In this document: one piece after another, positions 26,047-37,636 of the stretch
How positions within the stretch are numbered: the stretch's first letter is position 1
Layout: the number at the start of each line of letters is the position of its first letter
Assembly: GCF_000143415.4 (NCBI RefSeq)
Contig: NW_003314266.1
Location: 2,553,399-2,617,398 of the forward strand
From: Selaginella moellendorffii
Lineage: Eukaryota > Plantae > Lycopodiophyta
Direction of reading: 5' to 3'
Length of the DNA: 64,000 bases
Program-made: the position numbers and the translations under genes
The notes under the pieces: generated by a model
Told to the model about the DNA's origin: nothing
Seen by the model: only the letters and a program-made list of their open reading frames with translations
Databases searched by the model: none

Positions 26047-27195
26047 TCATTCTCCAAAACTGTTAAGGCAACTTATGCTCCACAGCCACACATTTTTTGC
26101 CACAAGACTTTCCTCTGCTTCTTCTTGATCACCTCGCCTTCGCTTCAAGCCCGGCTTCAAAACCATCTTCTCCATCTCCAGATACAATTCCTGCTGTACA
26201 GCAGAATGCTTGACGACCCATGGATGCTTCTCAATTTCATGGATTGGCAGCCTCTTTCTCGGGTCCAAGTGGAGCAGCTGGAGAATGAGATCTTTGGCTT
26301 CCTCGCTCACATCCGTCCAGTCAAGGGAGCTTACAGGCACTTCCTTCCTCCCCACCCAGAATGCAAACTGCCCCGACAATATCTCATACAAGACAATGCC
26401 CATGCCCCACATATCTACCATCTCATCATACTCATCATCAGAATTCACCATCTCTGGGGCACTGTAAGCCTGTGTCCCAGAAAGGTCGCTCATCCTAAAT
26501 TTTACGCCTGGCCCCTCGCTCAACCAACACGTTCCAAAGTCAGCCACCTTTATGCTGTCAAATTTCTCCTTAATCCCTAGGAGGATGTTGGCAGTGTTGA
26601 TATCCCTATGAGCTATTCCCATGTCGTGCATTTCGCCCACAGTCCTGGCCACTTTCTTTATCACCAGTGCTGCCTCGTGCTCACTCAGCCTCCCTTTGTC
26701 CTTCAACACATCTCGCAGCGAGCACTGGCACAACTCCATGACAAGGTGATAGTATTCTTGTTCTTTGAAAACGTCCACTAGTTGAACCACACCACTTTTT
26801 GCTGTGCTCTTGGAGAGTTTCGTGAGTACTCTCATCTCCAACTCCGCTTGGTCTTCAAGATTGTCGGTGACTCGAATTGATTTACAAGCGAACAATTGAC
26901 CGTCGCTCTTGCGTTTGATTTGGTAGACACTTGATTGGCCTCCCTGACCCAGCTCCTTTTCCACCGAGAACAAGTCTCCCATGCTTGCCTGGTTAAACTC
27001 CATCGCCTCCATAGATCGCACCAGTGCCATCTGCTCGTCCATCAATTTCCTGTGCTCCTCCATCGATTCAGTGCTCGGTGTAGCAGCTTCTTCGTCTTGT
27101 GGGGGAGGTATTTTGAGTAGCTCGTAGAGCTCCTTCAGCTTCCAAAGTGCATCAAGTAGCACCTCTTCTTGAGGCTTACCTTCGTCAAGCGCCAT
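26047..27195 (-). CDS. Intronless CAMK/CDPK-related Ser/Thr kinase without EF hands
   Basis: 382-aa ORF: GQGGQSSV, ACKSI, HRDINTANIL, DFG, GTQAYSAPE, DMWGMG, HPW. Confidence 0.85.
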   Translation of the reverse strand: MALDEGKPQEEVLLDALWKLKELYELLKIPPPQDEEAATPSTESMEEHRKLMDEQMALVRSMEAMEFNQASMGDLFSVEKELGQGGQSSVYQIKRKSDGQLFACKSIRVTDNLEDQAELEMRVLTKLSKSTAKSGVVQLVDVFKEQEYYHLVMELCQCSLRDVLKDKGRLSEHEAALVIKKVARTVGEMHDMGIAHRDINTANILLGIKEKFDSIKVADFGTCWLSEGPGVKFRMSDLSGTQAYSAPEMVNSDDEYDEMVDMWGMGIVLYEILSGQFAFWVGRKEVPVSSLDWTDVSEEAKDLILQLLHLDPRKRLPIHEIEKHPWVVKHSAVQQELYLEMEKMVLKPGLKRRRGDQEEAEESLVAKNVWLWSISCLNSFGE

Positions 27196-27429
27196 CCCCT
27201 TGAAAGTCTGTTTAACCCTAGTCTTGATGTAGCAATTGCCTTTTTTATAATTTCCTATACCAAAAAGGCTGTGAAATGTGAAACCGCTTTTTCCACAAAC
27301 AATTTTTACCTTTCTTATTCAAAAGAATCCAATACGTCTGAATAAAAGCATTAAACAAAGTGCCTAGTGACTTGGTGGAAATACTTTTTGTTTCCAAATA
27401 ATCGGCGAGCATCCTATTGCTCACAGCAA

Positions 27430-28150
27430 ACCACGAACACAATGCTGTGAGAATCGCCGGCGCTTCATTCCCTGCGGTGTGGTGCGCTTGGTCTGCGCAG
27501 TGTGAGCCTGGCAACCAGCTCTGTTGAGTTCTTGGCGGCATTCACTGACAAAACCTTCACGAGGAAAGATGGAAAACGTTAATCGACTCATTCTAAGACA
27601 AACCTGTGGAATCACAATGCAATCTCCGCAATCGCCAGCTGCTCACGCAATCTCAGAGTTGTGGCCTGCTCTCGGAATCATGCCCAGATTTTCCAGTTAC
27701 ACCGACAACGGAAAGTTCTCGGAGTGGAGAAAAGGATTTGGCACTGGAACTTTTCTCCATCATGCTGGATCAAGGACGCGAGAATCTTTGTGGCTGTTCT
27801 TGGTGCCTACGCGCGGGAGAAGACGGCAGGGAGCTGGCTGGGTAAATGGTGAAAGTGGTGTCCGTTAGAGAGGCAGTCAGTCGGGACACGAGAAAAAAAA
27901 CAACACACACACGTCCAAAGCTCACATACCGCATTAGTGGGATATTTTGGCTCTCGCGTTAACAGTCTTCGCAGGCTGGACCGCATCGACGACATAGCCG
28001 ATCTTGCAATGAGAATGTTCTTTACCGATTTGGCACTGGCTGTGGACGACATCGAGCAGTTGATTAGAGTCTTCTCCAGGTTTTCGACCTGTGTCCAAAA
28101 TTTAAAACGATATCACTCACAATAGCAGAGAATGGCAAAGTTCCAACCTT
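27430..28150 (-). pseudogene. Partial duplicated fragments of CCT1, including intron sequence
   Basis: 27430-27720 resembles 31125-31445 and 27945-28148 resembles 32455-32720, with deletions. Confidence 0.85.
27715..27830 (+). pseudogene. PPR fragment wedged between the CCT1 fragments
   Basis: DLALELFSIMLDQG / DARIFVAVLGA, frameshifted. Confidence 0.5.
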
Positions 28151-29118
28151 TATGATTTTGAGCGTTTCTTCTCGCTGGCTAGAGAGTCGCGGGCGCGTCC
28201 TCGCCAGTTCTTTGCTTCTCCATGCCTGTATGGTGTCGCCTTCTTGCCACTCGTTGAACCCATCGACAACATTCCAAAACCTGGAACTTGAATTGGACGT
28301 AGCGAGCAGAGATAAACGTAGATACCTCTTTGGCTACATCTTTTACCCGTCGAAGCGAGCTCAAGCTCCCAGTGTGCACGCTTTTCTTCCCTCGCTTGTA
28401 GCCTTTGGTCAGCTTTCCTTCCGTCACCATGCATAACGCCACTCGTCCACTTCCACTCGTGAAAACCGCTCGAACCTCCAATTTCCAATTGGATTTTCCT
28501 CCTGGAGACAAGTTTGAGTGACGGGAGGATGGAAATGCAAAGAACCATGTACCTGGATGGGCTTCAAGAGACCCTCCTCATGTCATCTACCAGTTCCTAC
28601 ATGACTTTGTAACGCATCTTAACGCCTTTGCTGCCCCTCACCGTCGGCTGCGTGCGTTACGTTGACGATTCCTCCACGAACGCAAACTTCCTAGACAAAC
28701 GCGTTATGAGAGGAACTGTAGAAAAGTCTTTAAAAACAAGAGCCTTACTTTGGCACCGACAGCACCTAAAGCAAGAGCTATGGCTTTGCCAACGCACCTG
28801 TAACCAGACTGAAATGCGAATAGTATTTCCTGAGTTGCCTATACTAGACTGAGAAAGCCCCCTGGTACATGAATCTTCAAGTTTAAAGGAGGGATAAAAA
28901 AACGCTCTATGATAAGATATTCTATTACTCGAGGAAACCGCTACTTAGCTTTTCGTGATGAGCTCGACTAAACATGGCGAATTTCTCCGTCTCAGTTTTG
29001 GTGGAAAACTTCCAATATCCTCAACGAACCACTTTGATATCCTGTAGATGACACAGTGAGATCAAGGAAAATGTAGAAACCGAGAGAGTACCTCTAAAGA
29101 TAGAAAAGGATGCGCTGC

Positions 29119-30592
29119 TCAACTGTTCAAGTAAGGGTGTAATGACGGTGGCCTGAAACGTCTGGACAATCCCACTACTCTTCGCTGTGATAGAGTGGTC
29201 GAGGATTGTACTGGAGGCAGGAGCTCGTCTGTAGAAAAGAAAGAGAGTGTTGTGCAACAATCAACGAGCGACATGCCTTACCCGGAGTTGCAGAGGAACA
29301 TTCAGGCTTCTTCACTGTCACATTCCAGGGAGGCGCTGATCAAAGATAAGAAAAAAGAAGAGCTTACCTTTTGCGGTTTCGCCTACTCCAAAAGAAGCAC
29401 TTACATCTTCTCCTTCATTCATTCTCCGCTTTTTAATTCTCTTCGGAGAAGCGTGTCTGCTAGCATTCGTGCCGTTCCCTTGCTCTTCCTTTTCGCCCTT
29501 TCCAATCAAACAGACACTTCCTTAAAGCAAAGAAGTAAAGCGCAAAAACTTACTCTACGTTTGGTGCTGTCTGGCATATCTTCTACCTGGGCTCCAGTCG
29601 CCAGCAAGGACAGAATTTATAAACGAGAAGAAAAATAGATAAAACTTACGTACTTCTTGATGCGTCGCTCGATCTTCTTCGTGAACCATATCCTCTTCCA
29701 TAGTTGGCTGCAGAGAAACTCTAAAAAATTGTGCAAGAAATAGAAAAATCGAGTGGCACCTCTTGCACTTTCGCAAGATCATCTACATCAGCCGGCTGCA
29801 AACGAAGAATCAAAAGTAAACGCATAAAAGGGAAAAAGCGCGAAGAGAGGCACCTGTGGCTGTTTCGTGAGATTTCCTGCACCACTTGGCTACAAGCAAG
29901 AAACCACATAATTGTCACGGTCAAGGAGCAAAAGAATAGAAAAGGCGAAAGAGTAGTACCTCGTACTGTTTCGAGCGGTCTCCTGCATCAGCTGCCTGGA
30001 AACGAGCATTCTAAATGAGAAGGAAACAAAATCAGCGAAGAAAGAATACCTCGCCAGATTCTTGTAGCTCAAAAGCTCTTGAGCGACCTTCTTCGTAAGT
30101 AACATCGAGCAAGCACTGGAACGCAATGGATGGATTTGTGGGCGACGAAGAAACAAAACTGGCCGTCGAGATCTCTGAGGCCACCGCTACATCATTGAGT
30201 GACTCTCTGATGGCCCTCTCAAGCTGCATTGCCTCTGCCCGTTCCTGGAAAAAAAAAAATCTGCGGGTAAATCTCCTCTCTCCAACGCAAAAGGAAAAAC
30301 AAGAGAAAAAGCAAACCCAAACGAAGCAGAGTGTGGGTGAGTACCTTTGGATTTGGCCTCGCCTGGAACAAAGGAATGAGCGCCACAGCTCCAAAATCTC
30401 TCTCGCACAGACTCATACCTTCTTCTTCTTGTGTGCTGCTGCTGCTGCTGCTGCTGCCGAGCTTCTGCTCTCACGCTCCGGCCGCCGCCTTGCGCTGGTT
30501 CTCACGGGCAGCGCCGAGAAATCTTCATCGTCGTCGTCAGAGACGCTCTCGGCGTAGGAAATCCTGGATCGCGCTTGCCGCTGCGGCCTCAT
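29119..30592 (-). CDS. 11-exon gene encoding a ~284-aa disordered nuclear protein, RAD51AP1/NUCKS-like
   Basis: Exons 30592-30419, 30362-30345, 30244-30050, 29995-29960, 29889-29854, 29795-29760, 29707-29654, 29586-29554, 29497-29368, 29314-29282, 29228-29119; all GT-AG and in frame. N-terminus MRPQRQARSRISYAESVSDDDDEDF; UIM-like QLERAIRESL; NLS PKRIKKRR; C-terminus RRVVGLSRRFRPPSLHPYLNS. Confidence 0.75.
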
Positions 30593-30884
30593 CGTGGAAA
30601 TCTCCTAAACCCTAGAATCTCGTTCTCTTAAAGGTGCCATAAACCCTAAACGTGCAAAGTTATGAAAAGAAGTTTGGAAAGGTAATAGAAACATATGGTT
30701 TACTAACCTGATACTAGTTAATTTAGACTAATAACTAATTACAAAACAAATTACAGTGTTCTTGTGATTTATGTTAGGCTAAAGGTAAAATTTATAGCTG
30801 TCCAACTATTAAAATTACAAAACTACTACACTGTTAATGCAAAATTTGGTCCTCCACAACACAAAACCATTGTCGCCTAACTCA

Positions 30885-33430
30885 TCACTCATCGTCTTGG
30901 TTGTCTTCCTTGTAGAGCTTCACCATGTCATCGATTCGCAAGATGGTGATGGCGGCTTCGGTGGCAAACTGGATCGAGGCGGCGGGGTCAGAAGCGAGAA
31001 ACAAACATATAGAGTGGATTTAACCTGTATGATCTTGAGCTTGCTCATTGCCGGCTCCAAAACACCGGCCTCCAGGTTGTTCCTCACAGCTCCTTTCAGC
31101 AGATCCAAACCATAACTGGATAAAAGCACGAACACGATGCTGTAAGAATCGCCGGCGTTCCTCGGATGGCAAGCTTCTTACCCCGCGTAGTGCTGCTTGT
31201 CGGGCTTGGTCTGCGCAGTGTGGTGGTACGCGCGGAGCTTGGCAACCAGCTCTGTTGAGTCCTTGGCGGCATTCACTGACAAAACCTTCACGGGGAAAGA
31301 TAGAAACGTTAATCGCGGCAAGCAAACACGCATTCGAAGACAAACCTTTGGAATCACAAGGAGCGCTTCAGCAAACTCCGCAATCGCCAGCTGCTCACGC
31401 GATCCCAGAGTTGTGGCCAGATTTTCCAGGTACACCGACAATGCAGCCTCGACAGCACCACCTCCAGCAACGACCTACGAGATAGTCAGTACAAACGCAA
31501 AGACGTCCTCAGTTCACATACCGCACTAGATTCCAGTGTACGCTTCACAATACTCAACGCGTCATGCATGGACCGATCCATTTCATCGAGCATATAGTCA
31601 TTCGCACCGCGGAGAATGATTGAGACCTGTCACAAAACAGCAGAAGTTCTAGCACCACGAAAGCAGAAGTATAACAAGGCTCACAGCTTTTGTGCTCTTG
31701 GCTCCTTTAACCATAATCACATCATCGTCGGCCACATGTTCCTCGGCTACTTCTTCAGCATGACCAAGGTAAGAAGGGTCAAATGACTCGCCGCCTTCCA
31801 TATCGGCCAGAGTAACAACCTGATAGAATGGAGATTCGCTTCAGTAAATTCCTTGAAATTATACTCAACCCCACCATTGTAGCACCAGTTGCCTTGGCCA
31901 CATGCCGTAGGTCCTCCTTCCGAACACGGCGTACAGCTATTGCTCCTGCTTCTACAAAATACTGAGATCACAGCTCCTTAGTCTCGTTTCAAAAGAGAAT
32001 CGCTGAGCCATACCTTTAAAGACATATCATCTATTCCTTTCGTAGTGAGAACGACATTAGCACCGGCCTTCAAAATCTTTTGAATCCTTTCTTTTGTAAT
32101 GTCCGATTCCCTGTAGAAGATAGAAAAGTCAGACCAGATAACAAAAAAGAAAAAAAAAAGAAAAAGAAAAGAAAATAGCTATTACCTTTGCCGAATCTTC
32201 TCCAGCTCACGTGGATCGGTGACTAGAACTTGCACACCCATTTGCATTTTGGACTTTTGAAGGTTGACATCTAGACACGCAATTCTTGCCGGGTAAACCC
32301 GTTGTGGCATGCCTTGTGCAGCACGTCCGGTATTGAGAGCATACCCATTTAACAGATAGCTGTCCTTCCCGCTCTTTCCGTGAGCTTTCAAGATGTTAAT
32401 AGACTGGAAAACATATTCGTCAGAATTTGCAGCAATGGGCAATGACAAACCTTAATGGGATATTTCGTCTCGCCCTTCTCGTTAACAGTCTTCACAGCTT
32501 GTACAGCATCGACGACCTGGAAAAGAATTGATTAATCGATCTCGCGATGAAAGTGTTCTTTACCATTTTCGCGAAAAAGTCACTGTCTGTACCAATAATC
32601 TTAGACGACATGCTTGTTTTCGCGCAGTTGATTAGCGACTCCTTCCCAAGTTTTTCGACCTGCGTCCAAAACTTGAAAAGATCTGACTCACAATAGCAAT
32701 GAATGGCAAAGTTCTAACCTTCACGGACAATCTCTCTTCGATATATTTGCACGATTCACGCATAGCAAGCTGCAGGTTCCACTTGTGAAAATCTACACAG
32801 CACAGAACGCAATCGTGACATACCCTGAATCCACTAATGATAGAAGTAGGATGGATTTTGTTCCGAACTAAATCGTTGGCCCTCTGAATTTTAGAAGCTT
32901 TATCACATAGTAGAAAAGAACGAGAGAGCCATTTTTACCTTCAAGAGCTCTGCGGCAATAATAACTACAGACGTTGTACCATCTCCAACTTCTTTGTCTT
33001 GAAGCTCAGCTAGTTCCACCATAACCTGATGATTTAAACTATCAGCATTGCAGCAAATAAAAGTGAAAGAACTAGAACCCACCTTAGCAGCAGGATGCTC
33101 GACTTCTAACATTTTCAAGATGGTCGCGCCATCGTTCGTCGTTGTAACATCGCCAATATCGTCTACAAGCATCTGCGATGGAGATCACAGAACGTTTTTT
33201 CAAGAAAACTAAGAAAGAAGAAGCAGACCTTGTCAAGGCCGGTTGGCCCCAGAGAGCTCTTCACAATATTGGCAACGGCCGCGCAAGCCGTGACTGAAGA
33301 TCGCCAGAAAGAATCAGTACATAAGGCCGAAATCCCACACTAGAGCGCGAAGAATCTCACCATTCTGTGTGCGCACATCGGCGCCGCTCTGCCGCTCGCC
33401 GAAAATGTCGAGCGTCTGCACCTGCGCCAT
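30885..33430 (-). CDS. CCT1: T-complex protein 1 subunit alpha, multi-exon
   Basis: [66 protein letters not shown]. Confidence 0.96.
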
Positions 33431-33576
33431 CGCTCTCGCAGTCACAAGCTCAAAAAAAAACTAGGGCACAAAGGGATATTCTAGGAATCCTGTTTACTAA
33501 GTGATTAAGATTAATTTAATTCAAGAGCAAAGGGATATTCCAAGATTATGGTTTATTGCAAAGTACCGCGTTAAGG

Positions 33577-35262
33577 TTAATTAAATTCGACTATGGCCCG
33601 GCCAAGGATTTGTCCTCTGTCCAAGGCATCAAACGTTTGGTTCACTTCTTCCAGACCACATCGCTGCGTCACCGCGCTGCTTAGATTGATGGCTCCAATC
33701 TCCGCGAGGGTGACGAGCTCTGGAAGATCTTGTCTCGCTCGAGCTCCATAAGAACCGATGATTCTCACCTGTAGAAACGAAACAAATTTGGATGAGAGGA
33801 TCCAAGGCACCGCAAAGATTGAGTTACCTGTCTACGAACAACGTGAACCATGTCGAATTCTGCCGTGGTTCCAAACGAGGCGAGCCCGACCATCACAGCT
33901 CGGCCTCCATCGCGGACGCTCATGGCTGTTTGCTGGAAGGTCTTTGGTTTTCCCAGTGCTTCAATGGCAACGTCGACTCCTCTTCCACCGGTGAGCTCCT
34001 GGACGAACGAAAGACTGTAAGCGACCATCTACAATATACTTGAGAACTTGATTTACCTTGATAGCTTCCACAGGATTTACTTTGGTTGAGTTCACGGTGT
34101 GTGTTGCTCCAAGCTTCTTGGAGTTCTCCAGCTTTTTGTCATCGACATCAACTGCAATAACTTGGCGAGCTCCAAACGCTCGAGCTAACTGCAAGCAGCT
34201 GTTCCAACCGTTGTTAAGAAGATCGTGAACAAAAATAAGTTCTCTTTGTGCAGCAAACCTGGATCCAACACCACCGATGCCAATCACGGATACGGTTTCG
34301 CCAGCACGTAAGTTGGCTGCATTCTTCACGGCTCCATAAGCTGTAAAAACTGCACATCCCATTATCGCTGCGTCCGAGTAAGGCAGAGTAGAAGGTAGGA
34401 CTGCTAATGCGTTGGAGGGAACTACACAATACTCGGCCATGCCTCCCATGCTGTACATATGAATCGGCTTTCCTGCACGAGAAAAAACCAAGAAAATCAG
34501 GAGAGCAAAGAAGCGATTTTTTCAAACCATTGCTCGCAATGAATAATCGAGTCTGTCCATCATAAAGAGCTCCTTTGCCTCTACTATACTTAAAGAAAGT
34601 CTCGCAGAGATCTTCTTGTCCCTGGAGTTATATGTTAGAATACGGGAATTCTAGCTAAAACTCTTCACTTGCCTTGACGCAGTAGAAGCATCCTCCACAA
34701 GGCATGATGAATGCTCCGACAGCTCGTGCACCGATCGGGAGCCTGGATTTCGCAGCTTAAAAATCACTGAATCACTGACACTAAAAGAGTCACCTCTTTT
34801 AAGTTTCGCTAGAATACCTTTGTAGTGTAGCAGCATCCGTGTGTGGACCGTGCTCCATGATCTCTCCAGTCACTTCATGGCCGAGAACTACTGGCAAGGG
34901 GAACGGCTGATCCTTCTTGATGATGTGCAAATCCGAGTGGCAAACTCCACAAGCTGCCCGATCCATGGAAATTTAGATCGATCGATCCAAACAATCCACA
35001 TACCTTTCGTCTTGAGCAGCACCTCTCCAAATTTCGGCCGAGGCATTTGCATATCCTCCAGCGTCATCGGCTTGCCGGGCTCCCACAGCACCGCGGCTCT
35101 CATTGTCGACGCCGTCCCGGCGGCTGTGAACTCTCGGCCATCGAGCGAAGGCGATGGCGCTAGCGTTGGCGCCGCCACTGCCGATCCGGATTCATAGCGG
35201 CAGCCCTGGAAATTTGAGAACCTAAGGAGCAGCGATCTAAACCCTCGGCGCCCTTGGAGCAT
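33577..35262 (-). CDS. GroES-like zinc-binding alcohol dehydrogenase (At5g63620/HER2-like) with organellar presequence
   Basis: ACGVCHSDLH, LGHE, MPCGGCFYC..DLC, GCAVFTAYGA, GIGGVG. One GC-AG intron at 34672-34622. Confidence 0.92.
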
Positions 35263-35590
35263 TGCTTCCTTCCAGTGTGGATCGAAGCTGGCGCTTTCTT
35301 ATCCAAATTGGTCTTTGGATCGAATCCCTTTAACTGAAATAATCTGGAAAACGAATATTCACTGGATGGAATGAAATATTCGTTGTTTTATATTACTTTT
35401 GCCCTACACTAGAAACAGGAGGAGAGTCGTGAACGAATTTACACACGCGGACGTCGTCAATCATGAGGGATTTGTCGCGGGAGCTAGTCATCGATCACAG
35501 GTATTGCGTGATTGCGCGACGCTGGATGATCGATCGCTGTCACAGATTACGAGGTTCTTGCGCCGGATTTCTTGGATCTCTTCTTCGTCG

Positions 35591-37155
35591 ATGGAAGGCA
35601 AGGAGCCCGGATCCAGGGCATGGAGGCCAGCGCTGGGATTGCCGGCGATCTTCCAGCTCGCGCTCGCGATCTTCACCGTGTGCTTCTTGATCCAGCAGCT
35701 GCGGCCGCCGCCGAGCAATGCGAGCTACGATCGAGCGATGGATCGCCGGCGCGAGCGAGGGCAAGATCAAGATCAAGAAGATCAAGAAACGCGGCTGAGC
35801 AATATCCTCTTTGGGATCGGGGCGGCGTCGAGCGTTCTTGAGAGGAGGAAAGATTTCATCAAGGCGTGGTGGAGGCCCGGCCAGACTCGCGGATTCGTCT
35901 TCGTGGATCAGCCGCCGCCGCTAGCCGAGTCTTTCTGGGACAATTCCTCGCTCCCGGAGCTCCGGATCTCGGAGAGCACCGCGCGATTCAGGTACACATT
36001 CCCGAGAGGGCGGCGATCCGCCATCCGGATCTCCAGGATCGTCTCGGAGATGTTTCGGATGGGGCTGCCCGGCGTGAGATGGTTCGTTCTTGGCGACGAT
36101 GACACGGTCTTCTTCGTTGACAATCTCGCCCGCGTGCTCGCGAAGTATGACCACACCAAGTTCTTCTACGTGGGATCCAGCTCCGAGAACCATCTCCAAA
36201 ACGTGAGAGGCTTCTCGTCCTTCATGGCCTATGGAGGAGGGGGATTCGCAATAAGCTACGCGCTGGCCGAGGCGCTCGCAGCGATGCAAGACGATTGCCT
36301 CGAGAGGTACCACTTTCTCTACGGGAGCGATGATCGGATCCAGGCTTGCATGGCCGAGCTGGGCGTGCAGCTCACTCGAGAGCCCGGATTCCACCAGGTA
36401 AAACTCTCTCAATCGTGTTCTCTCTTCCTCGATCGTCTAAAGTTTGTTCTTTTGCTGCTCGTTCTTCCAGCTCGATGTTTTGGGCGATGCTTCTGGGCTT
36501 CTAGCAGCTCATCCCATCGCTCCAGCGCTCTCTCTACACCATCTCAACGTCATCCATCCGCTCTTCCCCAATGCAACGCAGCGGCAGTCCATCAATCGCC
36601 TCTTCTCGGCGGCAAGGATCGACCCGGCGGGGATCTTCCAGCAGTCGATTTGCTACGACAGACACAGGAACTTTTCGATCCAGGTATCGTGGGGCTACCT
36701 CGTACAAGTTAGCCAGGAACTTATCTCTCCCAGGATCCTGGAGCTCCCGCTGAGAACTTTCGTGGGGTGGTATGGCGAGAGAAGTGAGCTGAGCTTCCCG
36801 TTCAAGACGAGGGCCCTGCCGGTGGATCTCTGCCAGAGGCCCGTGAGGTTCTACATGGAATCCGTGAAGAGCAGCAGCAATGGCAGTGGAATCTCTGTGA
36901 GCAATTACGTCAAGAGTGAGGCGCCGGCGGCCGCGGCTTGCTCGAGCTGGCTTGGGATCGAGACGATCTTGGTGGACAAGGAAGCAAGCGATGAATCGTG
37001 GTACAAGGTATGTGTTCTTCATTACTATATCGATCAAAGTTGGCTGATGATCTGGATAAAAAACTTTCTAGGCACTGAGGAGGCAGTGCTGCAAAATTCT
37101 TGAATCGAGAGAGGGAGGAGGAGTTGTTCGTCTAGAGATTCGTCAGTGTAGCTAG
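35591..37155 (+). CDS. DUF604 fringe-related glycosyltransferase, 3 exons
   Basis: N-terminal TM anchor; RWFVLGDDDTVF; YGGGGFAISY; YGSDDRIQAC; REPGFHQ|LD; RRQCC. Confidence 0.92.
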
Positions 37156-37636
37156 TTCAGGATTTGAGACTAAACTGTAAATTACGCTGAGAAAGAATTT
37201 AGTCAAGAGATTTACAAAGGCTTTCAGTCCCCGCAAAAGATTTTGACTGGTGAGAGTGTGCTTTCTCTTTTGGAGCTGTTATGATCAGTTTTTACACCGG
37301 AGTCGTGCTTGGCGATCGAACGCTGGGTATGCTGGAAAGATCGAGAGAAATGTGGTGGATAGCCATTCTTGCAGCATTTGCCCACAAGCGGCATTTTTAT
37401 CTCGTCGGTGCGCTGCTTAGCAAAATGCCAGTAAAGCTTTGAGTATTTGCCTCGCTGGGAAGGGTTCTCTGCCAATCGCCCAAGGGAGAAAGTTGGATTG
37501 ACTCGCGAGGCTATTACTCCCGAGGCTCAAAGCGATTATCAGGTAGTGTTTCCTTGTTTCATGAGGAGGAGATTAAAGTTCCCGCGCTATAAATACCTTG
37601 CCACCTTTTGTGTTGCTTTCGTCACGGGGCTTGGCG

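Noticed and set aside
25906-26580. 224-aa plus-strand ORF
   Set aside because: Largely antisense to the kinase at 26047-27195; no motifs.
28150-29100. Coding-like minus-strand stretches downstream of the RAD51AP1-like gene
   Set aside because: Stops in all frames of the main block and no family recognised; left unassigned, as was 22500-23550.
4060-35262. Possible green-leaf-volatile/GABA cluster (LOX, GABA permease, HER2-like ADH)
   Set aside because: The genes are about 25-30 kb apart with unrelated genes between them, and the permease is a pseudogene.
35399-35590. N-terminal extension of the DUF604 ORF
   Set aside because: Non-ATG start; ATG 35591 gives a normal type II membrane protein, and the 3' part of this ORF reads through an intron.
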